The notes below the pieces were generated by a model that ran no database searches, was not told where the DNA came from, and saw only the letters and a list, made by a program, of their open reading frames with translations. A program made the translations under genes and the position numbers. A stretch of DNA of 64,000 nucleotides. Origin: an uncultured Verrucomicrobiae bacterium. GTDB lineage: Bacteria > Chlamydiota > Chlamydiia > Chlamydiales > Rhabdochlamydiaceae. The stretch lies in the NCBI GenBank assembly GCA_963818965.1, contig CAWFUG010000010.1, positions 1 to 64,000 of the forward strand, in the 5' to 3' direction. Positions 40,431-49,454 of this stretch are shown here, one piece after another (position 1 is the stretch's first letter; every line of letters begins with the position of its first letter).

Positions 40431-41249
40431 TTACTTGGAAGCAGGTGGGCCCATGCCGATGTTGCGATGGTAGGCGCCCTTGACGTGGAACTCCTGCATC
40501 CGGCGCGCTAGCTTTAAAGCAGCGACCCCTTTTTCCACGTGATCTGCCATGTAACGATCGTAGACAGATTCTGAACTGCGTTTGGTCTTCACGCCGTCTG
40601 CATTGAGCGGAAGATCGGAAATAAGGAGCAACGCTCCTAACGTGAGCTTGCGTTTGTAGCTTGCAGAGAAAAGAGTTGCGCACTCCATCTCGATCGCTTG
40701 CGCACGCGTCGCTTTAAGGCGTGATTTGAACTCCTCATTGAATTCCCAAAAGCGAGTATTGGTCGTGTAGGTGATCCCGATGTGATAGGCTGCTTTTTGA
40801 AATTCTAAGACTTCCGTCACAGCCTTTTGCATCAAAAAATTCGAGAGCGCTGGTACTTCTGGAGGAAAATAAAAATCGGAAGTCCCCTCTCCTCGAATGC
40901 TCGCAACAGGCACCAAATAATCACCGACCTGGTAGCGCCGTCTCAAGCCTCCGCACATCCCGAGCAACAAGCTGGTCTTAATCGGCAAGAAAGAGCAAAG
41001 ATCGACCACTAAAGCAGCCGCAGGAGAGCCGATTTTAAAATCGAGAATGCTCACATCATCTTCAATACTATGCGCCACTTTGAACATCGAACCTTCGATG
41101 ATCTTCGTATTCCGCGTCTTGGCAAAGTAATCGACATAGCGGGGAAAATTCGTCAAAAGTAGATTGCTGTGAAAGCTCTCTACCTCACATCCTGAATAAC
41201 GCTCCAGCGTATCTCTTGCAAACTGCGCTTCTGTAACTTCTTCTTTCAT
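40431..41249 (-). CDS. amn: AMP nucleosidase
   Basis: TLERYSG, LLLTNF, GMCGGL, RGEGTSDFY, AIEMECATLF, LLLISDLP; start at ATG 41249 with GAGG RBS. Confidence 0.92.
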   Translation of the reverse strand: MKEEVTEAQFARDTLERYSGCEVESFHSNLLLTNFPRYVDYFAKTRNTKIIEGSMFKVAHSIEDDVSILDFKIGSPAAALVVDLCSFLPIKTSLLLGMCGGLRRRYQVGDYLVPVASIRGEGTSDFYFPPEVPALSNFLMQKAVTEVLEFQKAAYHIGITYTTNTRFWEFNEEFKSRLKATRAQAIEMECATLFSASYKRKLTLGALLLISDLPLNADGVKTKRSSESVYDRYMADHVEKGVAALKLARRMQEFHVKGAYHRNIGMGPPASK

Positions 41250-41437
41250 AGTGACCTCTATACCCAGTAAAATTTTTCGTCGATTTTCGGATTCTTGACT
41301 CACGTTCGTTATGCTGAGATAGGTTCCTTGTTAGAAATCTTACTAGAAAACATCTGGTTTGTCAAAGTACTATACTGAAAATCAAAAAAAATTATATGGT
41401 GCATCTTATATACCTAAATGTAGGAGGAGCTCATCGT

Positions 41438-42607
41438 ATGAACAGGCAAATTTTAAAGTTATCGACCCTATTAGCCCTAGCATCGCCCCTGTGTGCGTAC
41501 GCTATGACTGAAACAAAGAACACGTCAAATCCCCCATCTGACATGAAAAAACACGAGATGCACATGCAGCAAATGAGGGACATGAATGAAATCACACCTT
41601 CCGCAGAGCCCTCTGTGTGTGGATGTGTGACACCCTTTGTTACAGCGGATTTCATCTGGTGGAAAGCGCAAGAAGATGGACTCGATTTCGCACTTAATGG
41701 AACGAGCATTGCGGGTGTCGAGGCAGGTTTCCTTCCCGAAACTGCTTCTCGTGGCACCGTTAAAAGTCCTCATTTTTCCTACGAGCCTGGATTTAAGGTA
41801 GGAGCAGGCTTAAAGTTTGAACATGATGGTTGGGATCTTTTTGCCCAATACACTTGGTGGCGTAAGAACACTGGCAAACACAATTCGAAAAGCAGCCTCA
41901 CTGAAAAGTCAGATGGGTCATCCTACGTGATTGCCACTTCTCCTCTGCATTCTGCAGCTTTCGCTGAAGGTGAGCTTGGAGTAGGAGGACAAGGTTCTGG
42001 ATTGGCGACCCCCGCTGTTCAAAAAGCGAGTGCTACATGGGCCCTGCATTTCAATGTGTTGGATGCTGAGCTAGGACGTAATTTTTGGATCAGCAAATAC
42101 CTAACTTTGAGACCCTTTATCGGGATGAAGTTCTCTTGGCTAACGCAACACTACAACGTCCTCTATACCAGTGTATTGGTGCCCGGCGATCAAGATAGCC
42201 TCGGTATGAAAGTAGACCAATGGGGAGCAGGGCTCCGCACAGGACTTAATACCAATTGGTACATGTCCAAACAATTTGCTATTTTTGGAAACCTCGCCAT
42301 TAACAGTTTGTGGAACCATTTCCGCAGCATGCGCAAAGACACTTTTAGTTCTCCACCAGGAGTATTTGGGTTTTCTCAAGTCGTCGAAAATACCCATAGA
42401 AAAACCGACACCGTTACAGGTGTCATCGAATGCGCTCTCGGACTGCATTTTGAACAACCGTTCCACTGCGATCGTTTCCTCTTCTTGCTCGACGCGAGCT
42501 GGGAACAACAAATCTGGTTTGACCAAAACCGATTTATCCTTCCTCCAGCTCCGCCAGCTAACTTGTCACTCTACGGCTTTACACTCAAAGCTGGATTGTA
42601 CTTCTAA
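41438..42607 (+). CDS. MOMP-like (Lpg1974-type) outer-membrane beta-barrel porin
   Basis: AGGAGG RBS, signal peptide, ADFIWWKAQEDGL, PGFKVGAG, DGWD, WEQQIW, terminal LKAGLYF. Confidence 0.85.
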   Translation: MNRQILKLSTLLALASPLCAYAMTETKNTSNPPSDMKKHEMHMQQMRDMNEITPSAEPSVCGCVTPFVTADFIWWKAQEDGLDFALNGTSIAGVEAGFLPETASRGTVKSPHFSYEPGFKVGAGLKFEHDGWDLFAQYTWWRKNTGKHNSKSSLTEKSDGSSYVIATSPLHSAAFAEGELGVGGQGSGLATPAVQKASATWALHFNVLDAELGRNFWISKYLTLRPFIGMKFSWLTQHYNVLYTSVLVPGDQDSLGMKVDQWGAGLRTGLNTNWYMSKQFAIFGNLAINSLWNHFRSMRKDTFSSPPGVFGFSQVVENTHRKTDTVTGVIECALGLHFEQPFHCDRFLFLLDASWEQQIWFDQNRFILPPAPPANLSLYGFTLKAGLYF

Positions 42608-42628
42608 TTTTTTACTGACACCGCTAAG

Positions 42629-42666
42629 ATACACCGGTTTTACTCTAAAACCGGTGTATTTTTTTT
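42629..42666 (+). terminator. Rho-independent terminator
   Basis: atacaccggtttta-ctc-taaaaccggtgtat followed by a T-tract. Confidence 0.85.
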
Positions 42667-43494
42667 ATGCGAAAACTCTCCCCCCTTCTACTCGCGCTCC
42701 TTTTGTCATTCGCAAGTCACACTCATGCGGCTATCTACGATTGCTTTTTGTTTTTCAACGAACTCGAGCTCCTCTCCTTACGCCTGCATGAACTCGATCC
42801 TGTCGTCGATAAATTCGTCCTCGTCGAGTCTGTCGAAACCTTTACGGGAAAAGAGAAGCCTCTCTACTTTTTGGAAAATCGAGATCTCTTCCAAAAATTC
42901 GCACATAAAATCATCCACGTCGTCCTCGAAGAGCGGATCGAAACAGACAACGCTTGGGATAGAGATCACTTCCAACGCAATCAGATCCTGCGCGGACTGA
43001 CACAGTGTCAAGACGACGACCTCATTTTAATCTCCGATTTGGACGAGATCCCCTCCGCGGCCTACTTCAGCTATTTTCTCCAGCCGCTTATCGCCGATCA
43101 AATCCCCATGGTCAGTCTCGTACAAAGGATGTACCAATTCTATCTCAACCGAGATGTCGGCGATTGGATCGGCACTACAGTTGCCAAATACCGCTTTTTA
43201 AAACACAACTCCCCTCAATTCATGCGAGACCACCGCGGCGATCTCGCCATAAACGGAGGAATTACAGAATTTAAAATGGGGGGCTGGCATTTCACCTGGA
43301 TGGGTGGGATCAATCGCTATATCGCCAAAATCGAATCCTTTGCTCATCAAGAATCAAACACCCCAGAAAACCACAGCGAACAGCGCCTCGAAAACGAGCG
43401 CACCCTCGGCACCTTCGTCCCCTTCGACGAACGCTTTCCTCAATACTTAAGAGATAACCTCGATACCTACCGAGCTGTCGGCTTCATCCGTTGA
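42667..43494 (+). CDS. Glycosyltransferase family 17-like (GnT-III-like) protein with signal peptide
   Basis: IYDCFLFFNELELL..RLHEL, VDKFVLVES..TFTGKEK, QRN, ISDLDEIP, GGWHFTW. Confidence 0.88.
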   Translation: MRKLSPLLLALLLSFASHTHAAIYDCFLFFNELELLSLRLHELDPVVDKFVLVESVETFTGKEKPLYFLENRDLFQKFAHKIIHVVLEERIETDNAWDRDHFQRNQILRGLTQCQDDDLILISDLDEIPSAAYFSYFLQPLIADQIPMVSLVQRMYQFYLNRDVGDWIGTTVAKYRFLKHNSPQFMRDHRGDLAINGGITEFKMGGWHFTWMGGINRYIAKIESFAHQESNTPENHSEQRLENERTLGTFVPFDERFPQYLRDNLDTYRAVGFIR

Positions 43495-43502
43495 TGAAAA
43501 GA

Positions 43503-43572
43503 TAACCACAGAGAACCTTCCACCTCTCTGTGGTAATATTTTTTCACCACAGAGAGGGGAAACCACAGAGAG
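43503..43572. repeat. ACCACAGAG REP/BIME-like repeat, copy 5
   Basis: accacagag-ctctctgtggt-accacagagaggggaaaccacagagag. Confidence 0.83.
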
Positions 43573-43682
43573 AAAATAAAAATGTCTATTTCACGCCTCT
43601 CTATGGTGTAAAATTTAATTGCGGAAAAATCTTTTTCCTGCGCACAATCTCCCCAACTTATTCAGTACCAAGGAGAAAAGTC

Positions 43683-44678
43683 ATGCCGGTCTCCGCACCA
43701 TCGCTTCCCTTTCCCAATCCCTTCCCTTCGCTAGAGCCGGTTAAAATACTCAAACAAGTTAAAGAGACTTTTTTTTCCAGACGCGTGTCGAAAGACTGGA
43801 AAGTGACCCTCATGGATTCAGGCACAGCACTTGCCGTAGCAGGGTTTATCTTCTCCTTTTTCACCCAGTCGACCGTCACTTCCATTAGCTTTTTCTGCCT
43901 CACTGCGATTACAGCAACCGGATCCTTCTACATGCGCCAATTCGCCGATCTCAAGAGCTTAGAAGAGAGCGTCGCTTCGTTAAAACGATCGGAAAAGCGC
44001 TACCAAAGAATCGCTTCCGACCTCGAAGATGAGAACAAAAAGCTCAAAAAGACCTCGCGCTCGCTAAAACGAACCTCTGTAGATCTGCGCAAGACCAACA
44101 AAAACCTCAACCGAGAAGTCAGTAAACTCTCCCTCGAAGTGACTAATCTAACAGAATGCACAAAAGAAATTAAGGAAGAGCTCGCTCAGCTCCAACTGGC
44201 AAATAAAGACTACATCGACAACAACCGCCTCTTCAAACAAGGTCTAAAGAGACTGAATCGAAAACTAGATAATGCAGAACGCCTCCACGAAACAGTCTCT
44301 GAGCGCATCAGCTCGCAACAAACCTCTCTCGACGAACAGCTCGAGGAGCTAAAGACCTACCTAGAAGATCTCCGCTCAGAAGAGGGACTCCTCAACAAAA
44401 TGCGCGAGTTAAAAGAGATAAAAGAACAAACAGAAGCAGAGCTGTCACGGCTCGAAGAAACGCGCGACGATTTTCAAGATCTCCAAAAAGAGTTCGCAAG
44501 CGAACGCGGGAAATTCGAAGCCCTCCGAAAAGCGCTCGAAGAGGTCCGCGCGGCCCTCAGCACAGAGGTCGGAGAATTTAAGGTCAGTAACGAAGAGCTC
44601 AAAGGCACAGGGAAAAAGCTGCACAGCGCCGTGGAGCGCCTTTGGGACTTATACCCAGGCCGTGATATCGTCATCTAG
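43683..44678 (+). CDS. IncA-like inclusion membrane protein candidate
   Basis: Pro/Ser-rich N-terminus, ~40-aa bilobed hydrophobic segment, long coiled coil; AGGAG RBS before ATG 43683. Confidence 0.72.
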   Translation: MPVSAPSLPFPNPFPSLEPVKILKQVKETFFSRRVSKDWKVTLMDSGTALAVAGFIFSFFTQSTVTSISFFCLTAITATGSFYMRQFADLKSLEESVASLKRSEKRYQRIASDLEDENKKLKKTSRSLKRTSVDLRKTNKNLNREVSKLSLEVTNLTECTKEIKEELAQLQLANKDYIDNNRLFKQGLKRLNRKLDNAERLHETVSERISSQQTSLDEQLEELKTYLEDLRSEEGLLNKMRELKEIKEQTEAELSRLEETRDDFQDLQKEFASERGKFEALRKALEEVRAALSTEVGEFKVSNEELKGTGKKLHSAVERLWDLYPGRDIVI

Positions 44679-44818
44679 AGCAGCAAAATCTGAATAAACC
44701 TTTCGGGCTCCCCGGGGCTACAGAGCAAGCCCCCCTTCTGACCGCAGAAAATCATATAACACGCTTATTTTCAGTAACTTATACTCCAAGCCATCGATTC
44801 CGCCTCATTTAACCACCC

Positions 44819-44910
44819 CAAACAACCCCTACTTTTGTAGACTTAGTCGCAGAAACAACCCCCTCTTTTGTAGACTTGGTCGCAAAAAGACCCCCCTCTT
44901 TTGTAAACTT
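44819..44910. repeat. 33-bp period direct repeat (about 2.8 units)
   Basis: ttttgtagactt at 44833 and 44866, ttttgtaaactt at 44899. Confidence 0.85.
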
Positions 44911-45073
44911 AAATAAAAATTTGAGCTAAACTGAGGATAAACCAATTGAGCACTCGCTCATTGACCCATACAAATGTCGCTTATCCTAAGGGTGTTAAGA
45001 CGCATATTGACTAGGAATCTCTTAAATGATAATAACATACACAGAATCAAATAAGTGCAGACATTTCTATCAT

Positions 45074-45682
45074 ATGAAGTCAAAAAAAGTTGATCCCATA
45101 GAGGTTTTTCGTCAGCATAACGGCATCCTACGTACCGCTGAAGCTATAAAATTGGGAATACATCCCACGTATTTATACAAACTTCGCGATGAAGGAATTC
45201 TGGAATCATTAGGCCGAGGTGTCTTTCGGCTAGCTTCTATGCCTGACTTTTCAGAACCTGATTTGGTCTTGGCTATAAAAAAAATTCCCCAAGGGGTTAT
45301 CTGCCTAATCTCCGCATTATCCTACTATGAACTCACAACTCAAATTCCTCATTTTGTCTATATAGCCCTACCTAGAACTTCAAGACCATCTCAAGTCGGT
45401 TATCCTCCCTTACGTTGTTTTTGGTATTCCAAGGGTGCGTATGAAGCGGGCGTTGAAACAATTTCAGTTAATGGATTCCCTGTTAAAATTTACAGCATCG
45501 AAAAAACTTTAGCCGACTGTCTAAAATTTCGGCAAAAAATCGGAATGGATGTTGTTCTAGAAGCTTTGAAAGAGTATTGGAGAAAAGGTCGAACAGACCT
45601 TGATAAGCTTTACGATTATGCAAAGATATGTCGTGTTGAAAAAGTTCTTCAACCAATCATCGAAACGATTGTGAGTCAATAG
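45074..45682 (+). CDS. abiEi: Type IV toxin-antitoxin antitoxin, AbiEi family
   Basis: N-terminal wHTH (GILRTAEA..LGRGVFRL), GVICLISALSYYELTTQIP, IEKTLADCLKFR. Confidence 0.9.
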   Translation: MKSKKVDPIEVFRQHNGILRTAEAIKLGIHPTYLYKLRDEGILESLGRGVFRLASMPDFSEPDLVLAIKKIPQGVICLISALSYYELTTQIPHFVYIALPRTSRPSQVGYPPLRCFWYSKGAYEAGVETISVNGFPVKIYSIEKTLADCLKFRQKIGMDVVLEALKEYWRKGRTDLDKLYDYAKICRVEKVLQPIIETIVSQ

Positions 45683-45684
45683 CC

Positions 45685-46566
45685 ATGAATATTGAAAAGA
45701 AAAACTTACCTGAATCTGTTTATAGAAGATTGAAAAACATTGCTTTAGCAAAAAATCGTCCCACACAAGAAGTACTTAGATATTATGCGATGGAGAGATT
45801 TTTATATCGCCTGAGTGTTTCCCCGCATAAAAGATCTTTCTTTCTGAAAGGAGGTCTGATGCTAATGGTTTGGGATCCTGCGACCCACCGTGCAACCGTT
45901 GACATGGACCTGCTTGCAAAAGCTAACAATTCCATTGAAAACATTTCACGAATTCTCAAAGAAATCTGCTCGCATCCTGTTCTACAAGACGGCATTGAGT
46001 TTAATTCTACAGACCTCATTCTTTCCGAATCTCAAGTTGGGACGGAATACACTGGCCTATCAGCTCGTTTTTCAGTAGATCTGCATACAGCTAAGCTGCC
46101 GTTGAGAATCGATATTGGATTCAGCGACAAAATTTTTCCTAAGCCAGCCAATATAACCTATCCTGCATTATTGGATTTTCCTTCCCCCAAACTTCAGGGA
46201 TATACCCCAGAGACAATGATCGCCGAAAAATTAGATGCAATGGTGAAACTTGGCCTAGCAAATAGTAGGATGAAGGATTTTTATGATATATGGACGATAG
46301 TCCATCAGTTTCAGATCAAACCAGAAAAGATAGCTCCTGTTATTAGAGAAGTCTTTCAAAATAGGAAAACTATTGTTCGGGAAATTCCGAAGGCATTTTC
46401 TGAGGCTTTCTACAACACACCAAAAACACAGGAACGATGGAATTCCTTTCTTAAAGGCATTGGACATGATCCAATGCCCCTTGAAAAAGTGATATTCGAA
46501 ATTAGGGATTTTTTTCTTCCTATTTTTATTGAAAATAATGCCCAAGTCGCAGGCATCAGCCAATGA
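45685..46566 (+). CDS. abiEii: Type IV toxin-antitoxin nucleotidyltransferase toxin, AbiEii family
   Basis: ERFLYRL, FLKGG, RATVDMDLL, IDIGFSD, AEKL, NSRMKDFYD. Confidence 0.92.
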   Translation: MNIEKKNLPESVYRRLKNIALAKNRPTQEVLRYYAMERFLYRLSVSPHKRSFFLKGGLMLMVWDPATHRATVDMDLLAKANNSIENISRILKEICSHPVLQDGIEFNSTDLILSESQVGTEYTGLSARFSVDLHTAKLPLRIDIGFSDKIFPKPANITYPALLDFPSPKLQGYTPETMIAEKLDAMVKLGLANSRMKDFYDIWTIVHQFQIKPEKIAPVIREVFQNRKTIVREIPKAFSEAFYNTPKTQERWNSFLKGIGHDPMPLEKVIFEIRDFFLPIFIENNAQVAGISQ

Positions 46567-46591
46567 TTGTCGGAGCTATACTCCTTCCATC

Positions 46592-46864
46592 TCAATCGCT
46601 ATTACCACCGTTTCTTCCATGACCTCCATCTAGACCTAGTACGCCTTTTTGACCATCTTGACCATTTAGAGCGTCCATACCCCCATAAGCATGAGAGCCG
46701 TGTTCACCATCTTTAGCTCGAGCAGATCCATAAACATTCAATTTTTCTAAATCGCACTTTTTTGTGTCATATGCCGTCATAGAAATAGAGGGTATAAGCA
46801 TCAATCCAAATGCTATTGCGGAAACAACCTTTCTCTTCATTTTTAATCCTTTGCAAATTGTCAA
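46592..46864 (-). CDS. Small secreted protein with Gly-X-Y-like tail
   Basis: Signal-like MKRKVVSAIAFGLMLIP; NGQDGQKGVLGLDGGHGRNGGN. Confidence 0.55.
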   Translation of the reverse strand: MTICKGLKMKRKVVSAIAFGLMLIPSISMTAYDTKKCDLEKLNVYGSARAKDGEHGSHAYGGMDALNGQDGQKGVLGLDGGHGRNGGNSD

Positions 46865-47358
46865 TGCAGAAGATTGTCGATTCCAGCTTCTGTCAGTCTA
46901 AATACTGTCCATTCAGACATGGGGACAGCACCGATCTTTTTGTAAAAATTGATCGCTCGCTCATTCCAATCCAAAACCCACCATTCCACGCGCCCACAAT
47001 CCCGTTTTTTTGCGAGCTTGCAGATTTCCTTGAGCAACGCCTCCCCATATCCTTTTCCTCTGACGTCTTCTCGGATATAAAGATCCTCGATGTAGACCCC
47101 CTTTCTTCCTAAAAAAGTGGAAAAGTTATGGAAAAATAGGACGAAGCCGACGGGATTCCCATTTTCTTCTGCAATCAGAACTTCGGGGGCTTTTGGGTCT
47201 TCAAAAAGACTTTTATGTAGTGTTTTTTCATCTGCCACTACCTGATCGAGAAGTTGTTCAAAATCTGCTAATTCTCGGATCATTTGCAAGATGAGGCCTG
47301 TGTCACTTGGAGTCGCAAACCGCGCACAGAAATCTTCATTAGAATAACTTGCCATCAT
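46861..47358 (-). CDS. GNAT acetyltransferase (diamine/spermidine acetyltransferase-like)
   Basis: IRELADFE, FHNFSTFLGRKGVYIEDLY, RGKGYG, WWVLDWNERAINFY. Confidence 0.92.
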   Translation of the reverse strand: MMASYSNEDFCARFATPSDTGLILQMIRELADFEQLLDQVVADEKTLHKSLFEDPKAPEVLIAEENGNPVGFVLFFHNFSTFLGRKGVYIEDLYIREDVRGKGYGEALLKEICKLAKKRDCGRVEWWVLDWNERAINFYKKIGAVPMSEWTVFRLTEAGIDNLLH

Positions 47359-47545
47359 TGGGTCCTTTTTCAGTTCACTTAGGGATCGTCCAAAACTATA
47401 CCATACCCGATCCCAAACTTCAATGGCACGATCTGGAAGGTCAGAAACACCAAACACAATTAGATTAAAACAAAATAGTTGAACAGAAAAAACAAAACCA
47501 GATAAAACAAAACTAAGTGCGCTTTCAATATGTTAGGAGAAATTC

Positions 47546-47701
47546 ATGCTTGGTACAATTCTTATCGTTATATTAGTATTATTGCTTATTGGAGCCTTTC
47601 CGAGGTGGGACTACAATAACCACTGGGGATATGCTCCCTTTAGTGGATTGACTCTCGTGTTGATCATCATCTTGATCCTCTGGTTACTAGGCGTCATTTA
47701 A
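47546..47701 (+). CDS. 51-aa DUF3309-like membrane protein (absent from the ORF track)
   Basis: AGGAG RBS; MLGTILIVILVLLLIGAFPRWDYNNHWGYAPFSGLTLVLIIILILWLLGVI*. Confidence 0.85.
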   Translation: MLGTILIVILVLLLIGAFPRWDYNNHWGYAPFSGLTLVLIIILILWLLGVI

Positions 47702-47723
47702 CAGGTCAACTGTGCTTGCAAAC

Positions 47724-47757
47724 AAACACCCCATCGCTTCTCGATGGGGGTGTTTCT
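47724..47757 (+). terminator. Terminator-like hairpin
   Basis: aaacaccccatcg-cttct-cgatgggggtgttt. Confidence 0.7.
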
Positions 47758-47825
47758 CCTTGCCTTTTAAAGTCTCCCTTGGGTATAAGCTCTATTCTGT
47801 CTTTTAACCTTATAAGAGTCTTGGC

Positions 47826-48389
47826 ATGGCACAATATAGCACTGGCGATCTTCGGGGTGGTTTCAAAGTCGAGGTCGAATCGGAACCCTACACTGTCATC
47901 TCTAACGAATTCGTAAAACCGGGGAAAGGTCAGCCTTTCAACCGGATTAAGCTCAAACATCTCTTGACAGGCCGCGTGGTCGAAAAGACGTTTAAATCGG
48001 GCGATAAGGTCGGTGTTGCTGATGTCGAGGAGCACAAAATGCGCATGCTCTACAAAGAATCAGATGGCGTCATCTTGATGGATGAGAAAACCTTTGAACA
48101 GATCACCCTCCCCCTCTCCATGCTGGGTGGCAATGAGCAGTGGCTCATGGAAGAGGTCGTTTACGACATCATCTTCTACAAAGGCCAACCGATCGATCTG
48201 ATCCCTCCGACTTTCATGGAGATGAAGATCGTAGAGGCGCCTCCAGGCTTGCGCGGTGATACGACAGGACGCGTGCTGAAAGCCGCCGTTACAGAGAGCG
48301 GTGCCAAAGTTCAAGTTCCTATCTTCATCGAAGAGGGAGAAACGATTAAAGTAGATACGCGCACGGGTGAATACGTCTCTAGAGTGTAA
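47826..48389 (+). CDS. efp: Elongation factor P
   Basis: VKPGKG, PGLRGDT, VPIFIEEGETIKVDTRTGEYVSR. Confidence 0.98.
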   Translation: MAQYSTGDLRGGFKVEVESEPYTVISNEFVKPGKGQPFNRIKLKHLLTGRVVEKTFKSGDKVGVADVEEHKMRMLYKESDGVILMDEKTFEQITLPLSMLGGNEQWLMEEVVYDIIFYKGQPIDLIPPTFMEMKIVEAPPGLRGDTTGRVLKAAVTESGAKVQVPIFIEEGETIKVDTRTGEYVSRV

Positions 48390-49320
48390 TCTACGCAAGC
48401 GCGCGCTTCTGCTCAAACAAGCGCGCGCTTTTTTCGAGGAAAGAGATGTCCTCGAAGTCGACTGTCCCGCTCTCTCCCCTGCGGCTCCCCTCGATCTTCA
48501 CATCGATGTCATGAAAGTCTTGAATCCAGATGGATCGACGGGATACCTACATACTTCGCCAGAATACGGGATGAAACGGCTCCTCGCAGCCGGCAGTGGC
48601 GACATCTACCAAATCAGCCATGTCTTTCGGGAAGGAGAAGTCGGGCCTCTGCACAATCCAGAGTTTATGATGGCCGAGTGGTACCGCATCGGTTTTTCCC
48701 TGGAGCAGATGATCGAAGAGACCCTCGCTTTCATCGCTCTCTTCTTTCCAGAGCCCCTCCCCATCGTTCAGATGAGCTACCGTCAATTGCTGCAGCACTT
48801 TCTTTCCATCGACTACCTCACTGTAACCCCGGCAGACCTGATCGCCTGTGCGAAACAACACTCTTTAGATGTCCCGCCTGATGCTGTCACCTGGGACCGC
48901 GATACCCTCCTTCAAATGCTCATCAGCTTTCTGATCGAGCCCCAATTGGGACAAGACGACCTCTTCGTCCTCACCGACTTCCCCGCCTCCCAGGCCGCCC
49001 TTTCTCAAACCACACGGCTCGATACGGGAGAGGTAATTGCCCAACGATTCGAGGTGTACGCCCAAGGGATGGAGCTCGCCAATGGCTATGGAGAACTGAC
49101 CGACCCTGTCGAGCAAAGAAGGCGTTTTGAGAAAACTAATGAGGCAAGACAGCGCGCAGGGAAAGATGTTTTGAAAATCGATGAGCCTTTTTTAAGAGCG
49201 CTCGAACAGGGGTTACCCGACTGCTGCGGAGTCGCCGTCGGCTTCGATCGGCTCGTCCTCCTCAACTCGGGAGAAAAAACGTTGCAAAACATCCTCCCCT
49301 TCCACTGGAACAACGCTTAA
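48367..49320 (+). CDS. epmA: EF-P lysine aminoacylase
   Basis: YLHTSPEYGMKRLLA, HNPEFMMAEWY, ELANGY, GVAVGFDRL; no anticodon-binding domain; adjacent to efp. Confidence 0.93.
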   Translation: MNTSLECNLRKRALLLKQARAFFEERDVLEVDCPALSPAAPLDLHIDVMKVLNPDGSTGYLHTSPEYGMKRLLAAGSGDIYQISHVFREGEVGPLHNPEFMMAEWYRIGFSLEQMIEETLAFIALFFPEPLPIVQMSYRQLLQHFLSIDYLTVTPADLIACAKQHSLDVPPDAVTWDRDTLLQMLISFLIEPQLGQDDLFVLTDFPASQAALSQTTRLDTGEVIAQRFEVYAQGMELANGYGELTDPVEQRRRFEKTNEARQRAGKDVLKIDEPFLRALEQGLPDCCGVAVGFDRLVLLNSGEKTLQNILPFHWNNA

Positions 49321-49335
49321 GGAGCACAATAAAAA

Positions 49336-49405
49336 CTCTCTCTGTGGTTTCCCATCTCTGTGGTGATATTTTTTTTACCACAGAGATGGGAAACCACAGA
49401 GAGAG
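49336..49405. repeat. ACCACAGAG REP/BIME-like inverted repeat, copy 6
   Basis: ctctctctgtggtttcccatctctgtggt...accacagagatgggaaaccacagagagag. Confidence 0.88.
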
Positions 49406-49454
49406 ATTGTATAGAGAAAACCTATTCGAACCCTCTGTGTTTCGCTTGTGCTTA

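Noticed and set aside
44703..44722. gggctccccgggg as a tRNA or att remnant
   Set aside because: Too short, with no T-loop or cloverleaf; no tRNA gene was recognised in the window.
44819..44910. 33-bp repeats as a CRISPR array
   Set aside because: Units are contiguous with no unique spacers, there are fewer than three full copies, and no cas genes are in the window.
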